This document shows, one piece after another, positions 1 to 9,771 of a stretch of 64,000 bases of DNA (the stretch's first letter is position 1; every line of letters begins with the position of its first letter). The notes beneath the pieces were generated by a model. The model was given only the letters and a program-made list of their open reading frames with translations. It was not told the DNA's origin and searched no databases. The position numbers and the translations under genes were made by a program. This DNA is from an uncultured Bacteroidota bacterium. GTDB lineage: Bacteria > Bacteroidota > Bacteroidia > Bacteroidales > GCA-2748055. The stretch spans positions 147,165 through 211,164 of the forward strand of contig CAVVFB010000001.1 of NCBI GenBank assembly GCA_963747365.1. The letters are read 5' to 3'.

Positions 1-4
1 TAAA

Positions 5-33
5 AATGGAGGTCGCAAATTGCGTCCTCCATT
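5..33 (-). terminator. Probable intrinsic terminator downstream of the lamin-tail lipoprotein gene
   Basis: Hairpin AATGGAGG-TCGCA...TGCGT-CCTCCATT; on the minus strand it is followed by a T run, about 35 nt after the stop at 67. Confidence 0.55.
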
Positions 34-66
34 CTGGTTTGAGGAGACGGCTTTCCCGGATAGATT

Positions 67-1344
67 TTACTGGCAAATATCATTGACTGCTCCGGGTGTA
101 CCCAGATCGCCCGTTATGTAGGCTGATGTGGAGATGCACCATGAACTTCCGAGCAGGGCATTCACCTGGTTAAGCAAACCTGGATCAAGGCTGATTGATG
201 CACCGGTTCCTTCGGGGAAGCCGGCTGCGCCATAATCAAGGGCGAAGATCACTGATCCGGGTTCTGCTTCACTGCCCTCATTATAGATGGAAAGAACCGC
301 CCCTGTATTGGAAAGTGTGATATCTGAACCAAATATATACTCGTTGACGGCATTTGTCGCCAGATCGGTTCGGGATAAGACAAAATAGGCTGCCGGAGCC
401 AGTTCGATGTTATCGGTAATTGTATGGATATTGGCATCATCCCTTCCCACTATGAGGTTTAGCAGGTTGATGATATGGTCGGAGTTATTGTAGATTTCAA
501 ACCATTCACCTTCTGTATCAGAAAGGGCTGAAGGGTTGGCCATAACCTCGGTGATCAGGATCTCCCCGTATGATATTGCGCCAGTTGGCTGAATTGAAGA
601 GCCATCTGAAATATCGATTACCTCGACAACAACAGCGGTTTCATCCATTAAGATATGGAAGGTTGCCATCCCTTCGTCAATGGATGCATCCACAACGATT
701 TCATAGTGCCTGTTTGGAACAGGTGAGGGGATGGAACCCGACATTGTTTTCGTACTTTCTGTTCCGTCGGGTTTTAAATAGGTGAGTTCAGCCACGATTT
801 CCAGTGGCAGTGTCTGAAAATAACCCCACCTGGTTTCACCGGCGGTGAAAACGAGGGAGCCGGTGGCAGAACTGACAGTGGTTGTATACCCGGTAAAATT
901 ATTGATGACATTCTCGGAATAAATTACCGTGACGATGGTATTGGCCAGCTGGCAGCTGACCTGGACCTCCTGGTTCATATTGCTGCTGATGGTAAAAGGA
1001 TCCGATAATCCGTAATAGTATGGATTTTCAAATTCGGCGGGAAAGTTATTATCAGAATAGGCAATCACATAATAGTCTCCGGTTTCAAGTTCAATGACTG
1101 AAGGCATGTCGGTCACATTCTCAAATGCGATCACCTCGGTGTGGTCCGCTCTGTAGATATGGACGTTAAACTCATCAATTGTCGGCGCTGCCTTGTACAG
1201 ACTGGCCCTTTCATTAACGCTGATTAACACCCCTATGTTAAGGCGCAGTGTTCCGGTTTTCTTTTTGGGTTCCGGCTCCTCTTTCTGACAGGAGATCATG
1301 GTAAAGCACATGATCAGAACCATTAAACGATACATGTTTTTCAT
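67..1344 (-). CDS. Surface lipoprotein with N-terminal DUF4493-like region and C-terminal lamin-tail (LTD)-like domain
   Basis: Lipobox FTMIS-C followed by QKEEPEPK; F-ENPYYYG motif typical of DUF4493; ILITEVMANP...GEWFEIYN...GTPGAVN typical of LTD. Start placed at MKNMY (ORF track starts at 1377). Confidence 0.7.
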   Translation of the reverse strand: MKNMYRLMVLIMCFTMISCQKEEPEPKKKTGTLRLNIGVLISVNERASLYKAAPTIDEFNVHIYRADHTEVIAFENVTDMPSVIELETGDYYVIAYSDNNFPAEFENPYYYGLSDPFTISSNMNQEVQVSCQLANTIVTVIYSENVINNFTGYTTTVSSATGSLVFTAGETRWGYFQTLPLEIVAELTYLKPDGTESTKTMSGSIPSPVPNRHYEIVVDASIDEGMATFHILMDETAVVVEVIDISDGSSIQPTGAISYGEILITEVMANPSALSDTEGEWFEIYNNSDHIINLLNLIVGRDDANIHTITDNIELAPAAYFVLSRTDLATNAVNEYIFGSDITLSNTGAVLSIYNEGSEAEPGSVIFALDYGAAGFPEGTGASISLDPGLLNQVNALLGSSWCISTSAYITGDLGTPGAVNDICQ

Positions 1345-1409
1345 AGCTGAAGTTTTTGTGTTTTGGGAATAAATCAATCTCTGTTGTTGATGTGATATTC
1401 CACTAAAAA

Positions 1410-2942
1410 TCAGCTATGACTTTTCTTCCGGTACTTTTTTCTCCAGAGAAGGTATCCGCTAAGGACCACGATCATGCCAGTTAAACCGGTCAGGGGAACG
1501 ATAAGGATATAAAAATCGCCCAGAAGGCTCCCAAAAAGCCTCCCGGTATGGAGTTCAAGGGACAGGCTCCAGAGTGACATACCGGATTCAGCCAGCACAT
1601 TGGAAGGCATACCGGGAAACGGTTGGTCATGGTACAGTGGAAGGACCCCTTTTTGATAATCCACCATGTATCTGTTACCATCGACATCGGTCAGGGTACC
1701 GGTGATCGCGTAATCACCCACCGGACGTCCGGTGACACTTCCCGAAAACACCCTTCCTCCGGCATAATTATAGATCTCCGGGTTGGACGGGTCCCAGAGG
1801 AAGAGTCCGCTGAAAGAGCCAACCAGATACCTCCCCCCGGCAAATGATTCCAGGGCGGTGATGCCCATGACACTCACAGGTGGTTGAATATCATAAGGTT
1901 CCAGGTTCATTTCTCCTGTTTCCATGGCATACATCCCCTGGGAACTGGATAGGAGCATCACCTCATTCTCCTTATCGTACAGCAGATCTCTCAGCTTATC
2001 GTACCATGGGTTGGGCTGGTTCAGGTGGGAATATCTCAGTGGTGCAACTTTCGCGTTGGCAATAGCGATTAAAAGAGGTGGGCGGAGGAACATGCCTGTA
2101 AAAAACAGGATGAGCAGAAATAAAAATAGCCAGGCACCGGTGTAATTATGCCATTTCAATGACCATTTGTTAATACGTATAACGGTGTCGGCCGGCCTGT
2201 TTTTTCTGCGTAGTCTCCGGATCCAGCCAGGTAAAAGAAAATAGATGATCCCTGTAAGGGAAAGGAAGATGGTGACCAGGCCCATGGCATCCACAAACAG
2301 TTTCCCGGGAATGCCGAAGATCTCCCCAGAGTGAACCTGCCAGATCGTTTCAAAAAGGGTGACCTCATTTATGAAGTCGGCAGGGGCGGGGAGTTCAATG
2401 TTTTGGAGGTGTGTATGTATTCCCTCCGAGACACCCCTGAACAAATAGGAACGGCTGAGCGCATAGAGTGTATCGCCTACACTCTCCACGGCCACAAACT
2501 TAGTGATATCCACCTCCAGCGGAAACTTCTGCCACAGGTTCCTTGAGGAATCGAATGCATATAATCCAAACTGAGTGGCTGCGTACAGATTTCCGTCTGC
2601 AGAGCGGTGCAAATCAAAAATCTTTCGGTTGTCAACCCCGTTCGGAAATCCGGCATTCAGATCGCGGTAATCCCGGAATGTTGAATCGGTCACCCAAATG
2701 CCGATGTTGCCATAGACCAGGATGCTGTCTTCATCCACGATAAGGTTCCCCTTCAGGGCACCATTGTTCCAATGAAGGTAACGGAATTCTTCAGGCAGGT
2801 TTTTCCGGCTGATATCGACCCCGGAAAAGAACTCCCGGTGGTTCATAAAGATCCCAGTAATTCCGTAATAAAGAAGGATAAATGATAAAATGAAGCCCGG
2901 CCACTTGTGTAGTTTCCTGTACAATCTCGCAACTTTCCCCAT
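1410..2942 (-). CDS. PepSY-associated TM helix domain protein (iron-regulated membrane protein family)
   Basis: RKLHKWPG...TGIFMNH, WQVHSGE, KWHNYTG and LELHTGR: paired His-bearing TM segments flanking periplasmic loops. Confidence 0.75.
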   Translation of the reverse strand: MGKVARLYRKLHKWPGFILSFILLYYGITGIFMNHREFFSGVDISRKNLPEEFRYLHWNNGALKGNLIVDEDSILVYGNIGIWVTDSTFRDYRDLNAGFPNGVDNRKIFDLHRSADGNLYAATQFGLYAFDSSRNLWQKFPLEVDITKFVAVESVGDTLYALSRSYLFRGVSEGIHTHLQNIELPAPADFINEVTLFETIWQVHSGEIFGIPGKLFVDAMGLVTIFLSLTGIIYFLLPGWIRRLRRKNRPADTVIRINKWSLKWHNYTGAWLFLFLLILFFTGMFLRPPLLIAIANAKVAPLRYSHLNQPNPWYDKLRDLLYDKENEVMLLSSSQGMYAMETGEMNLEPYDIQPPVSVMGITALESFAGGRYLVGSFSGLFLWDPSNPEIYNYAGGRVFSGSVTGRPVGDYAITGTLTDVDGNRYMVDYQKGVLPLYHDQPFPGMPSNVLAESGMSLWSLSLELHTGRLFGSLLGDFYILIVPLTGLTGMIVVLSGYLLWRKKYRKKSHS

Positions 2943-2998
2943 CTGCCATTCCGATTGTTAGACTCAGTGCTTTTGGCCAGTATCGCGAAATCAATGAT

Positions 2999-3718
2999 TT
3001 ATGTGAGTTCCCTTTCCAGCTGTTGAGCTTTTACAAAGAGGATGTTGTTTTCCAGATGTATGTGACGGTGCAGATCCTTTTCAAATTCGTTTAATTCCTG
3101 ATAGGTAATTCGATAGGTATTGCAACCATCGGGAGGGGTTGTATAGGAGGAGGTCAGGGAAGAGATCTTCCTGAACCGTTCTCCCTCAATCTGATGCTCC
3201 TCTTCCATCTGGCTGATGGGCTGAAGAATTCCTCCGGAGGTTATTCGGGCTCCATTCCCACCCTTTTTCTTTTTTATCATCTGACGGATATAAGGGAATA
3301 GCACCAGCTCTTCCTTCTGCATGTGTGCGCTAAGGTTTCCGGCCGCCCCATCGAATAACTGTTTCACTTCAAATAGTTCCTGGTGATGATCACCATGAAC
3401 GTCACAAAGTTTTTGCAGTTTTTGCTGAATGAACGGCGAATGCTCCCTGATGTAGCTATGATGTCTCTTCTCGATATAATCGCATAGTTCGTCCAGCTCT
3501 AACCCATTCATATATTTGCTATCCGGATCGTTAACAACCACCATTTCCTCCAATGAAGGCAACAGGGTATGAATGTCTACGTCCGATTTAGAACATGCCT
3601 CTTCAAGACTGATTGCACCTCCACAGCAAAAATCTATTCCGTTTTCTTCAAATATCCTGGCTGTTCTGAAATTTGTTTTGACGATATCACCGATTTTCGT
3701 CTGAGCATTTATTTCCAT
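2999..3718 (-). CDS. ric: Iron-sulfur cluster repair di-iron protein (Ric/ScdA/YtfE)
   Basis: GIDFCCGG N-terminal motif; hemerythrin-like HH, HMQKEE, EEEH and HIHLENNILF. Confidence 0.93.
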   Translation of the reverse strand: MEINAQTKIGDIVKTNFRTARIFEENGIDFCCGGAISLEEACSKSDVDIHTLLPSLEEMVVVNDPDSKYMNGLELDELCDYIEKRHHSYIREHSPFIQQKLQKLCDVHGDHHQELFEVKQLFDGAAGNLSAHMQKEELVLFPYIRQMIKKKKGGNGARITSGGILQPISQMEEEHQIEGERFRKISSLTSSYTTPPDGCNTYRITYQELNEFEKDLHRHIHLENNILFVKAQQLERELT

Positions 3719-3808
3719 GATTTGTCAATTTTGTGTTTGACAAAGATATATAAAAAATATATAATGATAAAGAGGTCATTATATAATTATATCTTGTTTT
3801 TATAATGG

Positions 3809-4015
3809 CTATTGCTTTTCCATGGCTTCCAGGATCAGTAGAATTCTTTCCTTGAATTCTGGTAATATCAATTGTATAGTATCCCATACCACCCGGGCAT
3901 CCACTGCATTGTATTCATGCATAATGAAGTTTCGGAACGATTTGACCCGATGCCAGGGATAATCATATTTTTTTAATATTTCATTGTCAATGTTCGCGAT
4001 TTTCCCCTGCTTCAT
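3809..4015 (-). pseudogene. HepT-like (DUF86/HEPN) ribonuclease toxin, internally deleted
   Basis: PW...RNFIMHEY...VVW HEPN RX4HXY motif present, but only 68 aa; the N-terminal helices expected between MKQGK and IANID are missing. Confidence 0.7.
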
Positions 4016-4550
4016 AGATCAATTGAAGATCTTTTTGAATCCTTTTCTTTACCGTGGGTGCCAGTGCCCGCAGCATTACCACATCTACATTTATATTGAT
4101 TGCATGCCTGAGATTCTCCTGGATCTCTGCAATATCGAAAAGGGTGAACCTTGTTTCCACCGGCACATCTATTAATACATCTACATCACTTACAGGCGTA
4201 TTTTCACCCCTGGCAAAAGAACCGAAAAGCCAGGCCTTTTCCACGGATGTATATTCCTTTAGTATATTTTTGATTTTTAGAACTTTATCTGGGAGAACAT
4301 TTCGTTCGGTAGTCTTTTTATAGCTTATTTTCTCTTCAGCCACTTTCAATATTTCAAGGGAATTCTTTTCATCATCAAGCTCTTTTGCGATCCTGTCAGA
4401 CAGCCAGGACACAAGCAAATGGTCTTTTTCCACACCAAAAAACTCAGCTAGCTTTTGTACCTGTTCCCGGTTCGCTTTTCTCTTTCCTCTTTCAATTTTG
4501 CTGATTATTGCCTGATCGATATCTAGGAATGCTGCAACTTTCCTTAACGG
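3987..4550 (-). pseudogene. XRE-HTH / minimal nucleotidyltransferase (MntA-like) fusion antitoxin, 5'-truncated
   Basis: LFGSFARGE...SDVDV MNT motif; the frame stays open upstream of the GTG at 4433 as PLRKVAAFLDIDQAIISKIERGKRKANREQVQKLAEFFG (XRE HTH) up to an in-frame TAA at 4553-4551, with no ATG before the HTH. Confidence 0.7.
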
Positions 4551-4578
4551 TTAGGATTTCAAATAATCAGGAAAGTCT

Positions 4579-6819
4579 TCATTCGATAATCCCTATCCTC
4601 CCTTCCTCCGGATTGATCTCATAATAGCTATTTCTCTTCGTTCCCACATCCAGGTAACGCCTGCTGATCTGCCTTTCCATGCCGTTCAGGGATCCCCGGA
4701 ATTCAGACACCAGGGTATAGCCCCCCGGCTTCAGGGGGAGGTCCAGTACCACCGGATAGTTTTTGGTTCCGTAAGGATCGATGGAGATCGCCTGTTGCTG
4801 GACCCATTCCACCTTTCCCTGGTCATTGTAAAGTTGGACGGTCACTGTACCGGATTCAGGGCGGTCAAGGTCGTTGATCGCTTTCAGGGTGAAGAGCATC
4901 CTTGAACCGGGTTCATGGGGGGAGAACTGACGCATGTACCTTTCATCCGGTTGATTGATAAATACGGCAGATGGGGCAAAGGCATGCCGGAACCACGACA
5001 GCGTGGGACCTGGCTCCAGATCCCCGATATATCCGGTGTACCAATCGCCTGTATAGCCGTAATTGTTTGTGAGGTGGGTGAAGGCAAGCACACCGGCATG
5101 TTCCCGGATACTTCTCAGCCACTCGGTTTCACACTGGAGCCAGTAAGCCTGGAAGTGCCTGTTCGCCCTGGGATCAGTCGCATCTCCAAGGTAGTATTCA
5201 TAGACCCTTCCGGTCAGCTTGGACGCTCTTCCGTCCCTCCAGAGCCATACCCATCCGTATTCATTGACCAACTGGGCGGCACCCGATTCAATGCTGGCCA
5301 GGTTGGCCTGGTTCCTGTAGTCCAGGTCCCCGAGCGGATAAGGGTTCTTCTCGAATGCATCTGCCTCTGTCCATGGTCTCAGACCCTCGTAAGGATGGGG
5401 TTCGTCCATTTCATCGGTCCCCATGTCGCCGGCGCTCATGTATCCGGCATCCCAGGGCCGGGTCGGATCCAGGGCCTTTAGCTCCGGGATCAGCACATTG
5501 CCGATATAGTCGTCCCAGTTCTCGTTGATGGCATCCCAGATCACAATACTGGGGTGGCTCCCGTCGCTCCATACCCAGTTTGTATATTCCTCCCTGACCT
5601 GGTCATCCCAGCCGTGGGTCTGCCAGTAGTTCCATTCGTTCTGGAACATCATTCCATATTCATCTGCCAGGTCGTACCAGAAATCAGGCACAATCCCCAC
5701 GCAGATCCGCATGGCGTTCCAGTGCATCTGCTTCGGATCATCGATGATCAATTGCTTTACCCATTCCCGGTCCCAGGCCAGTCGCCCGCAATCGGGATCC
5801 TCAAAAAAACGCTGAAGCGTGATATTGGTCCCCCTCAGAATGATCTTCTTACCGTTGAGGTAGAAGTATTTTCCCCGACGTTCAAAGTCACGCAAACCGA
5901 AGCGGTCTATCTGAACATCCAGCGGTTCTCCTTCTAATTGTATGGTGGTCCGGACCCCGTACAGAAAAGGATCATCGGGACTCCAAAGATGCGGGTCCTT
6001 GAGTGCGATCTCCGCAATGGTCGTGGTGAAATGCTCCCGCCTGGCTGCCACCCTGATGCTTCCCAGCCCGGCGCTTTTCCCGGAGGCCCATTCAAAAACT
6101 TCCACACCTACGACAACCGAGTCAGACTTCGGATCGCCGTACATGATCTGTTGTGGATAATAGCTCCTGAGCCTGATCTTTGCGGTAACCGAACCACGAC
6201 TGGCATTTGGCAGTAGAAGTGTGTTGTTCACCTGAATTTTCCCACTGGCGATCAGTTCCACATCATCCCAAATTCCCGGAAGGTAGTGTTCTTTCTCCTT
6301 ATCGGTAGACCCGGCTGCCTGTGGGGGTAACCAGTAACGGTCTCCCACCCTGATCAGGATCTCATTGATTTCACCTGGCCTGAGGGCTTTTGTGATCGGA
6401 AATTCCACAGGGGTGTAACACTCCATGGAACTGCCCATATCGATCCCGTTCACGTAAACCTGGGTTACGTACTGGCTCTTTTTGATCCGCAGCATGAACT
6501 CCTTTCCGGCCAGGCTGTTTCCGACCTGGATCTCCTTCCGGTACCAGCTATATTTCGGTCTATAATCGATGTCATATACGCCATGAGCCTCCTTCTCCTC
6601 AGTGACCTGGGGCTTTTTGAACCAGATCCCATAGTCGTCGATTTCCGGATCTGAAAGATGGATCAGACCCGGTACCGGAATGGACCTGGTGAATTTTTCC
6701 GGGGGGAATGCATTTTCGCTGCGTTCAAACTGCCAGGTCCCGTTCAGGTCAATCACCGTTCTCTGCGTCAGGGCAGGAGGTGCCAGACAAATCAGTATCA
6801 GAAATAGTAGTTTTTTCAT
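4579..6819 (-). CDS. Glycoside hydrolase family 2 (exported)
   Basis: Signal peptide; IDLNGTWQF, LWSPDDPFLY, FGLRDF...FYLNGKKIILRG; catalytic-type WDAINE and VNEYG motifs. Confidence 0.85.
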   Translation of the reverse strand: MKKLLFLILICLAPPALTQRTVIDLNGTWQFERSENAFPPEKFTRSIPVPGLIHLSDPEIDDYGIWFKKPQVTEEKEAHGVYDIDYRPKYSWYRKEIQVGNSLAGKEFMLRIKKSQYVTQVYVNGIDMGSSMECYTPVEFPITKALRPGEINEILIRVGDRYWLPPQAAGSTDKEKEHYLPGIWDDVELIASGKIQVNNTLLLPNASRGSVTAKIRLRSYYPQQIMYGDPKSDSVVVGVEVFEWASGKSAGLGSIRVAARREHFTTTIAEIALKDPHLWSPDDPFLYGVRTTIQLEGEPLDVQIDRFGLRDFERRGKYFYLNGKKIILRGTNITLQRFFEDPDCGRLAWDREWVKQLIIDDPKQMHWNAMRICVGIVPDFWYDLADEYGMMFQNEWNYWQTHGWDDQVREEYTNWVWSDGSHPSIVIWDAINENWDDYIGNVLIPELKALDPTRPWDAGYMSAGDMGTDEMDEPHPYEGLRPWTEADAFEKNPYPLGDLDYRNQANLASIESGAAQLVNEYGWVWLWRDGRASKLTGRVYEYYLGDATDPRANRHFQAYWLQCETEWLRSIREHAGVLAFTHLTNNYGYTGDWYTGYIGDLEPGPTLSWFRHAFAPSAVFINQPDERYMRQFSPHEPGSRMLFTLKAINDLDRPESGTVTVQLYNDQGKVEWVQQQAISIDPYGTKNYPVVLDLPLKPGGYTLVSEFRGSLNGMERQISRRYLDVGTKRNSYYEINPEEGRIGIIE

Positions 6820-6858
6820 GGTACCGGTTAAGATAAGAATATTTCCGGTTCATTACTC

Positions 6859-8361
6859 CTATGGTTTTGCCCAGTCAGGCACCGATCCCAGCTCGATATC
6901 AAATATGAGGCCGCCAAGCAGCCAGGTGATCAGCACCACCACCGCTACACCTGCCATGTTGATGATAAAACCGGTTCGCACCATTGTGGCGATCCGGATC
7001 CTGTCGGTGCCGAATACGATCGCATTGGGAGGGGTGGCTGTCGGGAGCATGAAGGCGAGGGAGGCGGCGAGGGTAGCTGGTATCATCATCAGCAATGGAT
7101 TGTTTCCGCTGCTCACCGCCAGACTGGCAAATACCGGCAGAAGCATCTGGGTAGAGGCCACATTGGAGGTGAGCTCCGTCAGAAAGGACATTAGCGTCAC
7201 CACGGCAGCCAGAATAAGGTAAGGATGTACTCCGCTGGTCCAGAGAAGCTGTTCGCCGAACCAGACTGCCAGTCCCGAGGACTGGAAGCCGAGTGCCAGC
7301 GCAAAACCGCCTCCGAATAACAAAACGATGTTCCATGGAAGCCTCTGCATAGTCTTCCAGTCCATGATCCTTTTTTCCGTTCCTTGTCTGGCTGGCATCA
7401 GAAACAAAAGGACGGAAATAAAAATGGCTACAGTACCGTCATTAATGAATTCGGGGACCTTGAAAAGACTCGCCCAACCCGGGATGGAAAACCGGTTGAA
7501 AGTGATGCCGGTTCGTGTGATCCATAACAATGCCATAAGCAGGAAGAGGATGAATACCGTCCTTTCCTCCTGTGTGGTCTTCCCGAGTTCCCTGTATGCG
7601 CTCCTGAAATGTTCACGGTCCAAATGTGCCCATTTCTTCCTGGGCCGGTATATCAGATAAATGACCACCCAGACCACGACCAGCATCAATAGCGATATCG
7701 GAAGCGCAAAGGTCATCCAGTCTGTGAATGTAATATCCGGGGACCCGGGGTATAACATGCTGAGGATCCTCGGACATACCAGATTGGTGGGCGTTCCCAC
7801 CAGAGTGGACATCCCGCCGATGGAAGAGCTGTAGGCAATAGCCAGCAGCAATCCGGTGGCATAGTGGGTGATCGAACCCTTCTTCAGTGTCTCTTCCAGG
7901 CTCACCACAACCGACATCACGATGGGAATCATCATCATTGTAGTAGCGGTATTCGAGATCCACATGGAGAGAAATCCCGAGGCGGCCATGAAGCCGAGGA
8001 GGATTCTCCCCGGACTCACTCCGATAAAAACAAGTATTTTAAGGGCGATCCGTTTATGCAGGTTCCATTTCTCCATGGCAAGGGCCATGATGAATCCTCC
8101 AATGAAGATAAAGATGATGTGGTTGATGTAGGCTTCAGATACCAGTTTTCCGTCAAGGATACCCATTGCAGGAAAAAGGACCAGGGGCACCAGGGCTGTC
8201 ACCGCCAGGGGAATGGCCTCAGAAACCCACCAGATGGCCATCAGTACTGCAACGGCCAGAGTACCTGTAACTTCTGGTTTGCCGGGTTCCAGATCTGTAA
8301 ACAGGATGATTGCCAGAAAAGAGAGGATGCCCAGAAAGAAACCGATATATTTCCTTTCCAT
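6859..8361 (-). CDS. SLC13/DASS family Na+:dicarboxylate/sulfate symporter
   Basis: SMWISNTAT, GTPTN, TSNVAST and LPTATPPNAIVF signature motifs; many TM helices. Confidence 0.9.
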   Translation of the reverse strand: MERKYIGFFLGILSFLAIILFTDLEPGKPEVTGTLAVAVLMAIWWVSEAIPLAVTALVPLVLFPAMGILDGKLVSEAYINHIIFIFIGGFIMALAMEKWNLHKRIALKILVFIGVSPGRILLGFMAASGFLSMWISNTATTMMMIPIVMSVVVSLEETLKKGSITHYATGLLLAIAYSSSIGGMSTLVGTPTNLVCPRILSMLYPGSPDITFTDWMTFALPISLLMLVVVWVVIYLIYRPRKKWAHLDREHFRSAYRELGKTTQEERTVFILFLLMALLWITRTGITFNRFSIPGWASLFKVPEFINDGTVAIFISVLLFLMPARQGTEKRIMDWKTMQRLPWNIVLLFGGGFALALGFQSSGLAVWFGEQLLWTSGVHPYLILAAVVTLMSFLTELTSNVASTQMLLPVFASLAVSSGNNPLLMMIPATLAASLAFMLPTATPPNAIVFGTDRIRIATMVRTGFIINMAGVAVVVLITWLLGGLIFDIELGSVPDWAKP

Positions 8362-8491
8362 GCCCGAATTTACAATATCTTTTTCATGTATGAAATATTG
8401 TTTTAGGCTGTAATTTCATGCTGTTAAATTGAAAAATCCAGATACCTTACAGGTCGGTACATTTAAAAACAGAGTTAACTATAATTCAGTT

Positions 8492-9763
8492 ATGAGATCG
8501 GACAGAAGAACATTTTTCAAAAATTCGGTTGCAGGAGCTCTGGGTAGTTCCCTTCTCCTGGGCGGATGCAATCCAGTCAGCAGAAAAGGATTTGAAACGG
8601 GAATTGATTATACTGTGCTTGACAGGGTGCTGGCCGAACCTGTATTAAAAAAAGAATTATTTCCCGACCCGTTAATCATGGAAAAGGTGGAGCTTCTCCG
8701 GTACGGGGATAATTTCCTCTGCCGGGTGGTTACCCCGGACGGGGCAGAAGGGATCTCGGTGGGCAACAACATGCAGATGGTCTCCCTCTACCCCATCTTT
8801 GTGAATAGGATCCAGCCTTTCTTTATCGGCAAGGATGCGCGGAACTGGGAGCAGCTCCTCGAGGAGGTATACGTGTTTGAAAGCAATTACAAGTTACAGA
8901 ACCTGGCGTTTTGGGTGCCTCTGGCCACTCTTGAATTTGCAGTGCTGGATTTACTGGGCAAGATTTCCGGGAAGTCCATTGGGGAACTCATCGGTACGGT
9001 CCACCACCCCAATATCAATGTATACCAGGCAAATAATTTCCGTGGCCGTTCGGCCGATGAATCGATCGAAGGGATCCGGAAGCAGGTGGAGGAGACCCAG
9101 GCCAGGGCACTTAAATTCAAGGTAGGGGGTAGGATGAGCAGCAATGCCGATTACCCTCCGGGAAGAACCGAACAGTTGATCCCGCTGGTCAGAAAAACTT
9201 TCGGAGAGGAGATGGTGATCTATGCCGATTCCAATGGCTCCTATGATACCGCCGAAGCCATCCGTATCGGACGCCTGATGGAGGAATACAGGTTCGACTT
9301 CTATGAAGAACCGGTTCCGTTCGATTGGTACGAAGAGACCAGGCAGGTGGCCGATGCACTGGAGATCCCCATTGCCGGGGGAGAACAGGAGCCAAGCATG
9401 CACAATTTCAGGTGGCTCATCGGGAACGACGCCCTGGATGTCGTGCAACCCGATATCTTTTATTTCGGGGGAATGATACGTTCCATGAAGGTAGCCAGGA
9501 TGGCAGAAGCGAAAGGAAAGACCTGCACCCCACACATTTCCGGTTCAGGACTTGGATACCTCTATATGATGCATTTTGTAAGTGTGGTTCCCAATGCCGG
9601 ACCATACCATGAATTCAAAGGATTCAACAGGGAGATCCCCATGGATTGCCCCACTTCTCCGCTGACAAGTGATGGGGGAAAGGTGAAGGTCCCCACCGGT
9701 CCCGGTCTTGGATTGGAAATCGACCCCGGTTATATTTTAAAGCACAGGCCCGTCACTGCGTGA
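8492..9763 (+). CDS. Mandelate racemase/muconate lactonizing enzyme (enolase superfamily) protein with Tat-lipoprotein signal
   Basis: MRSDRRTFFK twin-arginine motif, LLLGG-C lipobox; KFK, ADSN, YEEP, GEQE, QPD and TPH motifs. ATG at 8492 preferred over TTG at 8429. Confidence 0.85.
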   Translation: MRSDRRTFFKNSVAGALGSSLLLGGCNPVSRKGFETGIDYTVLDRVLAEPVLKKELFPDPLIMEKVELLRYGDNFLCRVVTPDGAEGISVGNNMQMVSLYPIFVNRIQPFFIGKDARNWEQLLEEVYVFESNYKLQNLAFWVPLATLEFAVLDLLGKISGKSIGELIGTVHHPNINVYQANNFRGRSADESIEGIRKQVEETQARALKFKVGGRMSSNADYPPGRTEQLIPLVRKTFGEEMVIYADSNGSYDTAEAIRIGRLMEEYRFDFYEEPVPFDWYEETRQVADALEIPIAGGEQEPSMHNFRWLIGNDALDVVQPDIFYFGGMIRSMKVARMAEAKGKTCTPHISGSGLGYLYMMHFVSVVPNAGPYHEFKGFNREIPMDCPTSPLTSDGGKVKVPTGPGLGLEIDPGYILKHRPVTA

Positions 9764-9771
9764 AGGTTTTC

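Noticed and set aside
4884-6216. Several 70-190 aa ORFs overlapping the GH2 gene (and similar shadows over SLC13, arsP, scpA, asnB)
   Set aside because: Antisense or off-frame shadows of well-supported genes, with no motifs of their own
8382-8395. TTTCAT-GT-ATGAAA palindrome in the SLC13/enolase divergent region
   Set aside because: Short and AT-rich, with no regulator gene nearby; could be chance
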